64,000 bases of DNA from an uncultured Treponemataceae bacterium. GTDB taxonomy: Bacteria; Spirochaetota; Spirochaetia; Treponematales; UBA12059. A program made the position numbers and the translations under genes. Under the pieces are notes generated by a model. That model had not been told where the DNA came from and made no database searches. It was given only the letters and a program-made list of their open reading frames with translations. Location: contig CAZNXK010000003.1 of the NCBI GenBank assembly GCA_964576835.1, forward strand, positions 2,044 through 66,043. The letters are read 5' to 3'. Positions 29,253 to 38,147 of this stretch are shown here, piece after piece. Positions within the stretch are counted from its first letter, which is position 1; each line of letters opens with the position of its first letter.

Positions 29253-30581
29253 TTATTTGGCTATCCACAGGTCTGCGTCCGCCAGGGCCGTACACAGATC
29301 CTTGAGCAGACGGGCCGCCGGCGCCCCATCGACGACTTGGTGATCCGAGGTCAGCGACAGGGCTATGGCTGGCGCCAGCGCAAACGAACCATCCTCGGCC
29401 GTGAATGGTTTGGGCAGGATGGCTCCGACTCCCAGCACGCAGACCTCGGGCGCGTTGATTACCGGAGTGAAGTAGTCCACCCCGAGCGCGCCAAGGTTGG
29501 ACACCGTGAACGTCGAACCCGACAGCTCGTCCGGGGTCGCCTTGCCTTCGATACAGGCTGCCGCGAGCCGCTTGGCTTCCGCAGATATCTGTTCAAGAGA
29601 CAACAGGTCGGCGTTGCGTATCACCGGCACCATTAGACCCCGCGGTGTATCGACCGCAAGCCCGAGATGCACCCTCTCGAAGGTTTTTATCGTATCGCCC
29701 ACCTTCAGCGAATTGCAGACGGAATGGCTTTTAAGCACCCTGGATGCGGTATACAGGACAATGTCGCCCACGGTCACGCCGCTCAGGCCCAGCGATGCCG
29801 GAGATGCCTTCATGCGGGCGCGCAAACCCTGCAGCCGCTCAGCCTGAGCCGATGCGTGGAGCGTGAACTGCGCCGTCGTGGCCAGCGATTCCCGCATGCG
29901 GTCGGCTATCACCTTGCGAATGCTCCGCATCGGCGTCTCGGCGAACGCTCCGGGGAACTCCGGACAACCTGCCGGGAGGCTCCCTGGCATCGCGCTGGAA
30001 ACAGAGGCAGAAGTGGCGATAGTGCCATCCGAAGCCCCGGCCGCGGCTTCCATATCGGCGAGAAGTATGCGGCCGCCCGGGCCCGATCCAGAAGCGGGGA
30101 CTTGTGCGCCTTCGGCCGCTGCGGCCCGAGCTGCGGCTGAAAGCGGGCCGCGCGCCGTGACGGCAGCCCTCACGTCGCGTTCGAGCACCCTTCCGCCAGG
30201 GCCGGAGCCGGGGAGCACGGCCGCGTCGATCGCCTCGTGGAAGGCCAAGTCCCTGGCGCGTGGTGAAACCCCTGGAACCGCACTGGAAGCGCTTGCGGCG
30301 GTTGCGGCGCAGCCACCGGGGACGGCGGAGGCCCAGTCTTCACCCGCATCGCCGAGGATGGCGATCGGAGCCAGGACCGGGACATCGTCGCCCTCGGCAA
30401 CCAGCAGCTTCAGCACGATGCCGTCGGAGCCGGCTGGCACCTCGAAGACGGCCTTGTCTGTCTCGACGTCGCAGAGGATGTCGGCCGCGGAGAGCCGCGC
30501 GCCTTCGGGGGCTCGCCATCCTACGAGAATGCACGATTCGACAGTGTTGCCCTGGCGGGGCATGGTAACAAGTTTGGCCAC
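29253..30581 (-). CDS. Dihydrolipoamide acyltransferase (E2)
   Basis: One lipoyl domain (VETDKAVFEVPA), Ala/Pro-rich linkers, a subunit-binding domain and a catalytic DHQVVDGA motif. Confidence 0.9.
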   Translation of the reverse strand: MAKLVTMPRQGNTVESCILVGWRAPEGARLSAADILCDVETDKAVFEVPAGSDGIVLKLLVAEGDDVPVLAPIAILGDAGEDWASAVPGGCAATAASASSAVPGVSPRARDLAFHEAIDAAVLPGSGPGGRVLERDVRAAVTARGPLSAAARAAAAEGAQVPASGSGPGGRILLADMEAAAGASDGTIATSASVSSAMPGSLPAGCPEFPGAFAETPMRSIRKVIADRMRESLATTAQFTLHASAQAERLQGLRARMKASPASLGLSGVTVGDIVLYTASRVLKSHSVCNSLKVGDTIKTFERVHLGLAVDTPRGLMVPVIRNADLLSLEQISAEAKRLAAACIEGKATPDELSGSTFTVSNLGALGVDYFTPVINAPEVCVLGVGAILPKPFTAEDGSFALAPAIALSLTSDHQVVDGAPAARLLKDLCTALADADLWIAK

Positions 30582-30591
30582 GGATGCTCTC

Positions 30592-31347
30592 CTATACCAG
30601 TATGAGGTCTATCGAAGCGGCTCGGAGCGCGTCCGCGGCTCCTGGCGCGAGCCCGTCATCCATGATGACGGTATCCACGTCCGAAAGCGGCAGCACCGAC
30701 ACGAAGCCGGAACGCCCGTATTTTGATGAATCTGCCAGCAGTACCGACCGTTCGGCCCTGCCGACCATTGCCTTGACTATCTCTGCGCCTTCAACCAAGT
30801 GGGTGGTCATGCCGCGCTCCACAGACAGGCCATCGGTACCTACGAAAGCCAGGCGCACGTTGTAGCGGCCGATGGCGTCCAGCGCCAGCGGCCCGACCAG
30901 CGATTCGGTGAGGCGGCGGTATTCGCCGCCGACCATGGTCACCGACAGCGAGGGATTGCTGCGGGCCCAGGTCAGGACCAGAGCGGAGTTGGTGACGATG
31001 TGGACGTCGCGCTTGCCGCCAAGGTGGCGCATCACGAGGGCGGTGGTGGTACCGGCTTCGATCATGATACGGTCGCCATCCCTCACGAGGGCGGCGGCAG
31101 CCTTGGCAATCCTGGCCTTTTCAGCGGGGCGTTCCCGCAGGCGGTCGAGCACGTTGGAATGGAAGCTGGGCGCTGCGCCACCGTGGGTACGTTCAAGATA
31201 GCCGAGGTCTTCCAGGTTCTTGAGGTCGCCTCGTATTGTCACGGCCGACACTCCCAATGCCTCGGAGAGGCGGGCTACCGACAGCGAGCCTTCCTCAGCC
31301 AGCGAGTCGATGATCTTGCGTTCGCGCGACGATAAGGTTTCGTTCAT
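30592..31347 (-). CDS. DeoR/GlpR-family transcriptional regulator
   Basis: 251 aa with an N-terminal HTH (SVARLSEALGVSAVTIRGDL) and a C-terminal DeoR sugar-phosphate sensor domain. It lies 10 nt upstream of E2. Confidence 0.9.
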   Translation of the reverse strand: MNETLSSRERKIIDSLAEEGSLSVARLSEALGVSAVTIRGDLKNLEDLGYLERTHGGAAPSFHSNVLDRLRERPAEKARIAKAAAALVRDGDRIMIEAGTTTALVMRHLGGKRDVHIVTNSALVLTWARSNPSLSVTMVGGEYRRLTESLVGPLALDAIGRYNVRLAFVGTDGLSVERGMTTHLVEGAEIVKAMVGRAERSVLLADSSKYGRSGFVSVLPLSDVDTVIMDDGLAPGAADALRAASIDLILV

Positions 31348-31831
31348 GCCTCAATTTACTTTCGTATAGCTTTCATATACTCATCAAGTTGGTTCCGATA
31401 TTAAATGGATTGCCAGCTGAAGTCAAGTGCCCATGAGCCGGTCATCACTCCCCGGATCGCTTCGGGAAGCGCTGGATTCGAGGCGCATGGGGAGGCGTTC
31501 ATGACACAGACGGTGACGGTTCCAGGGCGCGCGCTGGATGCTGCTTTATCCGCAAGGCACCTGTCTGCTCGTCCTGGGCTCGTTGCGGCTCTTCGTCACA
31601 GGCCTTCGCGACGAGCTCGGGAAATCGGGCCGCGTGTGCTACTGAGCGGCCCGATGCCTTGATGGCCAGTCGCCTGGTGGGGGCGAACTTGTAGAGCGGA
31701 TGGTCGCGAAGCCTTGGCTCGACCCTTGCGGGGTACAGTTTTTCGATGATGAGCGGCGCAATCACCATGTGAGGAGTCCCATGGCGCTTTCGAGGGTGTG
31801 AGCCACTGGCATAACCGACAGGACCCGGTCG

Positions 31832-32278
31832 TCATGCCGGAGGGGAAAGCCGCGGCCGTCGCCATGACACAGGAATAGTGTCAAATGACAGAAGGCGCAA
31901 GTGCTCAGGTACCTTGCCTGCTGACCCGGCGTAGGGTCCGCGGTATTTTTCCGGCATCAGGGCGGCTATCGAGCTCATGATCTCGTCGGCGACCTCCTGC
32001 CTTACCGTCCTGGTCATCGATCCTGCCGGTTCTATGATGTAGGGAGTGCCAACCCTCAGATGGATAGGCGTCCGCCTGAAGGATTTCAGGTTTTTCCAGA
32101 AATCCTCCGCACCCCAGTGGGCCGGCGGCCATACAGGAACGCCGGCCCGTTGGGCGAGCATGGCGACGCCGGCCTTTCCCTGCTGGAGTATCCCGTCCAT
32201 GCTCCTCGTACCCTCGGGCGCCAGCCCCAGGATGCAGTCGTATCGTTTCCTGCATGCACGTGGAGCTTGGCCGAGCAA
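31832..32278 (-). pseudogene. N-terminally truncated/frameshifted PlsC-type lysophospholipid acyltransferase remnant
   Basis: The 148-aa ORF keeps motif III (APEGTRS) and motif IV (GVPVWP) but lacks the HxxxxD motif I. A motif II-like FAGKNSSLF lies upstream in another frame (ORF 32086..32496), and the missing N-terminus would collide with the divergent transporter gene. Confidence 0.45.
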
Positions 32279-32455
32279 AAGAGGCTCGAGTTCTTGCCGG
32301 CGAATAGTAACCTGAAATGGACGGAGACTTGAATGCCCCCTTCGACGATCATCGCCGCGGCCGATGGCTTGCGCAGGGCGGACGTGGCACGTATTCTTGT
32401 AGCTGATCGCAAGTGTGGGGGGGCGGCGCGCTTCGGGCTGCCATTGGAGATTCGA

Positions 32456-33886
32456 TTGAAAGTTGAGCGCGCGATCACGGTGCCGGTGGCTGACAAGATG
32501 GCCTACGGCGTCGGCAATCTTGCAACCGGTGTCGCCATGCAGATACTCGGCACCTATCTGGTTTTCTACTCTACGGCAATCCTTCGCCTGCCTGGCCGTT
32601 TCATCGGCATGGTTATGGGCGTCAGCATCCTGTGGGATGCCATAACCGACCCGGTGATGGGATATGTGTCAGACAGGACCCGCTCGAAACGCCTGGGAAG
32701 GCGCCATCCCTACCTGATTGCCGGTGCCGCCGGCATAGCGTTGACGAACTACCTCATCTGGAACGTTGCGCCGGCGTTGAGCCCAGGTGCCAAGCTAGTA
32801 TTGATCACCGTGTATATACTGTTTTTCAAGACCTTCATGACGGTCTACGTCACTCCCTATACGGCTCTGGGCGCCGAGCTGTCGGTCGACTATTACGAAC
32901 GGACGTCGATCCAGGGAATCAAGTCCGTCTTCTTCATCCTCGGCCTCGCCTTTGTCTCGGTCGCCGGCATGTACGTGTTTTTCAGGCCGTCCGAGGCTTT
33001 TCCCGTCGGCCAGCTCAACCCCCGCGCCTATTCGTCGATGGGACTGTGGTCGTCGATCATCGTCTTGCTGGCAGCGGTATCGTGCTTCTTCGCGACCCTC
33101 AAGTATGTGCCCCTTATCCAGGACCGTGACCGCGTCCCCGAAGGCGCCATCGCTCCAGGCTTCCGCGAATCGATGTCCCACGCCTTTGCCAACAAGCCGT
33201 TCCGCAAGGTCGTGTTTTCCTACACGTTCAGCAATCTCGCGTCAGCCCTGCTTGCCAACCTCGGGATGATTGTCTTCACCTACACCTTCGGCCTAGGGGG
33301 CGACAGGATAGCCGCGATCCTGGCCGTGCAGTTCCTGTTCGCCATCCTGTCGCAGCCGGTATGGATGGCCGTGGCCACGCGCTTCGGCAAGATGCCCGCC
33401 CTGGTGCTGGGCTTCTGCCTCGGCATAGCCGGCAGCGTCTGGTTTTCATTCCTGGTGATTATCCACGATTCGGTGCAGGACAACGTGCTCGCCTTCATGC
33501 CCTTTGCGCTGTGCGCAGGTTCGGGAATAGGTGCCTTGCTCACCCTGCCCCTGTCGATGGTGGCGGACACGGTCGACCTCGACGAGGCCGGCGGGGGAAG
33601 CAGGAACGAAGGCGTCTACTTCGGCACCCTTACCCTCGTGTACAAGTTGTCGCAGGCGGTAGCCATCGTCGCGATAGGGATCCTGCTCGACTTGAGCGGC
33701 TTCGATTCGTCCCTGTCTTTGCAGGAAACAAGTACTCTGGTTTTGCTCGGCATGATACTTGGACTGGGTGCCATCGCCAGCTTCGTGACAGCCATCCTGT
33801 GCCTGCGCGGCTATGATCTCACCGAGGAAGCGGTTGAAGGCTGCCGGATTCGCATAGCAGAACGGAAAGGAACCGGCGCCGTCTAG
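32456..33886 (+). CDS. GPH-family (MelB/glycoside-pentoside-hexuronide) MFS sugar:cation symporter
   Basis: ORF 32333..33886 with multi-pass hydrophobic sequence and the GPH signature WDAITDPVMGYVSDRTRSKRLGRRHPY. The start is uncertain: TTG 32456 or ATG 32498. Confidence 0.8.
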   Translation: MKVERAITVPVADKMAYGVGNLATGVAMQILGTYLVFYSTAILRLPGRFIGMVMGVSILWDAITDPVMGYVSDRTRSKRLGRRHPYLIAGAAGIALTNYLIWNVAPALSPGAKLVLITVYILFFKTFMTVYVTPYTALGAELSVDYYERTSIQGIKSVFFILGLAFVSVAGMYVFFRPSEAFPVGQLNPRAYSSMGLWSSIIVLLAAVSCFFATLKYVPLIQDRDRVPEGAIAPGFRESMSHAFANKPFRKVVFSYTFSNLASALLANLGMIVFTYTFGLGGDRIAAILAVQFLFAILSQPVWMAVATRFGKMPALVLGFCLGIAGSVWFSFLVIIHDSVQDNVLAFMPFALCAGSGIGALLTLPLSMVADTVDLDEAGGGSRNEGVYFGTLTLVYKLSQAVAIVAIGILLDLSGFDSSLSLQETSTLVLLGMILGLGAIASFVTAILCLRGYDLTEEAVEGCRIRIAERKGTGAV

Positions 33887-33904
33887 CCGCCAGCCCTGAA
33901 CAGG

Positions 33905-33968
33905 GCAGGGGCGACGGGAAACCATCGCAGATTGCCCGTCGTCCCTGCCTCCGCCCGCTCCTTTTTTT
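33905..33968. terminator. Hairpin terminator between the convergent transporter and ygeW genes
   Basis: GCAGGGGCGACGGG (33905-33918) pairs with CCCGTCGTCCCTGC (33935-33948) with one mismatch. A T7 run sits at 33962-33968. Confidence 0.5.
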
Positions 33969-34002
33969 ACATCAGCACTCTACATTCCTCAAGGTGAGAA
34001 CA

Positions 34003-35229
34003 TTACATGACTTCGCGGATGGTGCCGCGCTCGAGCAGGGCCTTGAGCGTCGCGGCGGGGTTCTTGCGCTTGCCCAGGAGTATCATCGCGGCGATGATGT
34101 ACGGCTTGTAGCTGGCCTCCCGGTAGGTGTCGTCACGGTAGCGGTCGAACACGGAATCGGCGACTTCGCCGGCCTTGCACGAGACGCCGGTTATGTCTGC
34201 GGGCAGGCAGTGCATGTACAGTGCCTGCGCCACCTTAGTGGCGGCACCCTTCGTCAGCTTCATCTTCTGCTCGGTGCACTCCCAGTCCTTGAACTTGGCG
34301 TTGTTGGCGAGGCACTGTTTCTCAAGTTCCTTGAGGCCGCCCTGGTCGCCGGCGTGGAGGAGGGGTACCCGCTGCAGCATGACGTCGTAGGGCGCCCAGC
34401 TCTTGGGATAGACGATGTCGGCGTCCTTGAAGGCCTCGTCCATCGAGTTGACGTGCCTGAAACTACCGCCTGACTCCTTGGCCTGCCTCTTTGACAGCTC
34501 GACGACTTCCGGGATCAGGTCGTAGCCTTCGGGGTGGGCAAGGGAGACTTCCATGCCGAAGCGGCTGGCCAGCCCGATGATGCCCTGGGGTACCGACAGG
34601 GGCTTGCCGTAGGATGGGGAGTATGCCCAGGTCATCGCCAGTTTCTTGCCCTTGAGCTTGTCGACGCCGCCGAAATGGTGAGCCAGGTGCAGGAGGTCGG
34701 CCATGGCCTGGGTGGGATGGTCGATGTCGCTCTGAAGGTTGACGACGGTCGGCCTGTCGGGAAGGACGCCTGCGGCTACGCCTTCGTCCAGTGACTTGGC
34801 CACCTCGCGCTGGTACTTGTCGCCCTCGCCCAGGTACATGTCGTCGCGGATGCCTATGGCCTCGGACAGGAAGCTTATCATGTTGGCCGTTTCGCGGACG
34901 GTCTCTCCGTGGGCGATCTGGCTCTTGCCCTCGTCCAGGTCCTGCACGTAGAGCCCGAGGAGATCGGCCGCGCTCGCGTAGGAGAAGCGCGTGCGGGTCG
35001 AGTTGTCCCTGAAGTTCGAGACGGCTATGCCGGTGTCCCATATCCTGGGGCTGATGTTGGCCTCGCGCATTGCGCGGAGCGCGTCGGCGACGAGGAAGGT
35101 CGCGTCGAGTTCGTCGCGGCTCTTCTCCCAGGTCAGGAGAAAGTCCTTGTGGTACATGCCGATCTTCTTCTTCGACAACTGGTCGATCATCGCCTTGATT
35201 TCATTGACGCCCATATCAGTAACCTCCAT
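34003..35229 (-). CDS. ygeW: YgeW-type knotted carbamoyltransferase
   Basis: 408 aa, near-collinear with E. coli YgeW as I recall it (FRDNSTRTRFSYASA, KSQIAHGETVRETANMISF, DIDHPTQ, TWAYSPSYGKPLSVPQGIIGL, YMHCLPAD). Confidence 0.92.
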   Translation of the reverse strand: MEVTDMGVNEIKAMIDQLSKKKIGMYHKDFLLTWEKSRDELDATFLVADALRAMREANISPRIWDTGIAVSNFRDNSTRTRFSYASAADLLGLYVQDLDEGKSQIAHGETVRETANMISFLSEAIGIRDDMYLGEGDKYQREVAKSLDEGVAAGVLPDRPTVVNLQSDIDHPTQAMADLLHLAHHFGGVDKLKGKKLAMTWAYSPSYGKPLSVPQGIIGLASRFGMEVSLAHPEGYDLIPEVVELSKRQAKESGGSFRHVNSMDEAFKDADIVYPKSWAPYDVMLQRVPLLHAGDQGGLKELEKQCLANNAKFKDWECTEQKMKLTKGAATKVAQALYMHCLPADITGVSCKAGEVADSVFDRYRDDTYREASYKPYIIAAMILLGKRKNPAATLKALLERGTIREVM

Positions 35230-35279
35230 ACGATTTCATCGCGGCCCGCACCGGGCCGTTTTTTCTTGTTTGCTTTTCG

Positions 35280-38147
35280 TTACAACTTGCCCATGGCGCG
35301 AAGGACGCGCTCGGGGGTAAAGGGCCAGACGCGGCACCAGGCGCCGACAGCGTCGTGTATCGCGATTGAAATGGCCGGCGCGGCGCTGTTGAGCGATATC
35401 TCCGAGACGCTCTTGCCGCCGAACGGTCCGACCTCGTCCTCCACCGGCACGAATTCCACATGGAAGTCGTCCGGCACCTCGAAGATCGACGGTATTTTGT
35501 AATCAGTGAAGCCAAGGTTGAGCGGCCGCCCCAGCCCGTCGTACAGCATCTCCTCGTACAGTGAATGGCCGACCGCCTTCATCACGCCTCCGTAGATCTG
35601 GCCCATGGCCAGGCCTGGATTGATCGGCGTGCCGCAGTCCTGGTACGCATGGAAGCGCCTGAGCCTGACCTCCCCCGTGCGGACGTTGACCGCCGCCTCG
35701 ACGAAGTGCGCGCCATACGGGAAGGCGGCGTGCTCGGTCTTGAAGTTGCCGAAGCCGACGAGGTCGCCGTGGCCCTCGCCCTGCGTGGACATGTGCGCCA
35801 GCTTGGCCAGGCTGATCTCGCCCGACTTGCCGCGCACCATGCCGCGCGGGACTATCCTCAGGTCCGCTTCCGCCTCTCCCAGGATGCCCGAGGCCACCTT
35901 GATGCACTTGTCGCGCAGGTCCTCGGCCGCCCTGACCGCGGCGTTGCCCGAGAAATACGTGCCCGAGCTGGCGTAGGCGCCCTTGTCGAATGGAGTGGCG
36001 TCGGTATCGCCTGAGACGACCGTAACATCTGCCATGTCCAGCCCGAGGATCTCGGCGGCTGCCTTGGCGGTTACCGTGTCCAGGCCGGTGCCGAGGTCCG
36101 CGCCGCCCGACAGCATGAGGAGGGTTCCGTCGGTCAGGAGCCTGAGCTCGGCGTTGGCCGAGTCGAGGCCCGGCAGGCCCGAACCCTGCTGGATAATAAC
36201 CGCGCCGCGGCCGGCCTTCCAGTCCGCTCCGGTCGAGGCGGGCTTTGGCTTGTCCCAGGAAAAGGCCTTGCGGCCTCGGGCTATCATCTCGCCGAGTCCG
36301 CACTCGCCCAGGGTGACTGGCGTTCCGGGCCTTCCCTCGCCGAGGCTCCTCAGTATCTCGATGCGGGAACCCGAGCGCACCCGGTTCTTCTCTATGAGGT
36401 CGAGCTGGTCAATGCCGAGTTCCGCGGCCAGTTCGGCAAGCGCGGTCTGGAGACCGAAGGAACCCTTTGGCGCTCCGTAGCCCTGGTAGGCGCCGGCCGG
36501 CGAAAGGTTGGTATAATACGTCTTGACCTCGAAACGGGCGTTGTCGCAGAGGATGAGGGGCAGGCTCTTTGATACCGCGTTCATCGGCACGGTCAGGCAG
36601 TGCTGGCCGTAAGGACCGGTGTCGGCGTCGACTTTCATCTCGATGGCGGTCAGCGTGCCGTCGCGCCTGGCGCCTAGCTTGACGGTGACCTCCATGCCGT
36701 GCCTCGTGCGGCTCGTCATGAATTCCATCCGGCGGTCGTAGCGGAAGAATACCGGCCTGCCCGTGGTCCAGGCCATGTATCCGGCCACGTCCTCGAGGAC
36801 GATGTCCTGTTTTGCGCCGAAACCGCCTCCGACGCGCTCCTTTATGACGCGGACCTTGTTCTCCGGTATGCCTATCGCGCGAGAGACGATTCGGCGCACG
36901 TGCCATGGCACCTGGGTGGAAGCGTGTATGATGAGGCGGCCCGAATCGACCTTGGCGTAGACGACGTGGGGTTCGAGCGGCGTGCACTGCACCCGCGTGC
37001 CTATGTAGGTGCGCTCGATGACGACATCCGCCTCCGAGAATCCCCGATCGACGTCGCCTATGCCGTCGGCAACGCTTGCCGCGAGGTTGCGGTGAGGATC
37101 GGCGTGCAGCGGAAACTGGTAGATGACCGGGTCGTCCCTGCCGTCGCCCTTGACAGAGCTGCCGGCGGGTGGCTCCCCGACGACGTAGCTCACGTCGCCG
37201 TGATGGACTATCGGCGCGCCTGGAGCCTTAGCGTCGGCTATCGACAGCACCGGCTCCAGCACCTCGTACTCGACGACGATGGCCGCGAGCGCGGCTTCGG
37301 CCTCCTCCGGCGTCTCGGCGAGCACGGCCGCCACCCGGTCGCCGACGTGCCGCACCTTGCGCGGGAACATTCGCTGGTCGTAGGGACTTGGCTCGGGAAA
37401 GCCCTGGCCGGCGGTCGTATAGACCCGGTCGGGGCAATTCTCGTGGGTGAGTATCTCCACGACTCCGGGCATCGAGCGAGCCTTGGCTGTGTCCATGCTC
37501 TGTATCCACGCGTGGGCGTGAGGCGACATGAGGAGCCTGAGGTGGCAGGCGCCTTCGTCGACGCGGTCCTCGACGAAGGCGCGCTCGCCGCGTACGAGAG
37601 CCGGAGCGTCGACTTTCTCGCGGTCCTTGCCGACGTGGCGGAGGTCCGGCCTGAATTCCGGCCCTGCCGGCTCGACGTAGGCGGGGTCGGCAAGTCGGCT
37701 GGCCGCGATCCTGGCTGCGTCGTAGAACTGCTCGTAACCGGTGCATCGGCACAGGGTTCCCGACAAGGCGTCCCGCACTTCGACGCGGCCAGGGTTCGGG
37801 CTGCGCTCAAGGAGCTCGTGCAGGGCCAGGACGACAGCGGGCGTGCAGTAACCGCACTGGACGCACGACGCGTCGATGAGGGCCTGCTGCACTATGGACA
37901 GCTTGCGGTTTTTTGAATAGAAGTCGACCGTCAGGACCGCGCTGCCGTCTGCCTGCGCCGCGAGCACCTGGCAGGAATTGACGAGATGCCCGTCGAGGAG
38001 GACAGAGCAGAGGCCGCATGAACCCTCGCCGTCGCAGCCGTTGCGTACCGATACGATGCCTTTTCGCCTCAGGGCGTCGCGGAGGCTCTCCCCGGGCTCG
38101 CATTCCCACGAGACCCTGCGTTGGTTGAGCGTGAAATTGACCTTCAT
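35280..38147 (-). CDS. xdhD: XdhD-type molybdopterin hydroxylase with fused N-terminal [2Fe-2S] domains
   Basis: ATG 38147 after GGAGGA, giving 955 aa (I recall about 956 aa for E. coli XdhD). It has 2Fe-2S cysteine motifs (GCDGEGSCGLC; CRCTGY) followed by aldehyde-oxidase/xanthine-dehydrogenase Moco domains. Confidence 0.88.
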   Translation of the reverse strand: MKVNFTLNQRRVSWECEPGESLRDALRRKGIVSVRNGCDGEGSCGLCSVLLDGHLVNSCQVLAAQADGSAVLTVDFYSKNRKLSIVQQALIDASCVQCGYCTPAVVLALHELLERSPNPGRVEVRDALSGTLCRCTGYEQFYDAARIAASRLADPAYVEPAGPEFRPDLRHVGKDREKVDAPALVRGERAFVEDRVDEGACHLRLLMSPHAHAWIQSMDTAKARSMPGVVEILTHENCPDRVYTTAGQGFPEPSPYDQRMFPRKVRHVGDRVAAVLAETPEEAEAALAAIVVEYEVLEPVLSIADAKAPGAPIVHHGDVSYVVGEPPAGSSVKGDGRDDPVIYQFPLHADPHRNLAASVADGIGDVDRGFSEADVVIERTYIGTRVQCTPLEPHVVYAKVDSGRLIIHASTQVPWHVRRIVSRAIGIPENKVRVIKERVGGGFGAKQDIVLEDVAGYMAWTTGRPVFFRYDRRMEFMTSRTRHGMEVTVKLGARRDGTLTAIEMKVDADTGPYGQHCLTVPMNAVSKSLPLILCDNARFEVKTYYTNLSPAGAYQGYGAPKGSFGLQTALAELAAELGIDQLDLIEKNRVRSGSRIEILRSLGEGRPGTPVTLGECGLGEMIARGRKAFSWDKPKPASTGADWKAGRGAVIIQQGSGLPGLDSANAELRLLTDGTLLMLSGGADLGTGLDTVTAKAAAEILGLDMADVTVVSGDTDATPFDKGAYASSGTYFSGNAAVRAAEDLRDKCIKVASGILGEAEADLRIVPRGMVRGKSGEISLAKLAHMSTQGEGHGDLVGFGNFKTEHAAFPYGAHFVEAAVNVRTGEVRLRRFHAYQDCGTPINPGLAMGQIYGGVMKAVGHSLYEEMLYDGLGRPLNLGFTDYKIPSIFEVPDDFHVEFVPVEDEVGPFGGKSVSEISLNSAAPAISIAIHDAVGAWCRVWPFTPERVLRAMGKL

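Noticed and set aside
31499-31768. 89-aa minus-strand ORF (and overlapping 85-89-aa ORFs) in the gap downstream of the acyltransferase remnant.
   Set aside because: There is no recognisable motif, no ribosome-binding site and mixed codon bias. It is treated as part of the decayed region rather than as a gene.
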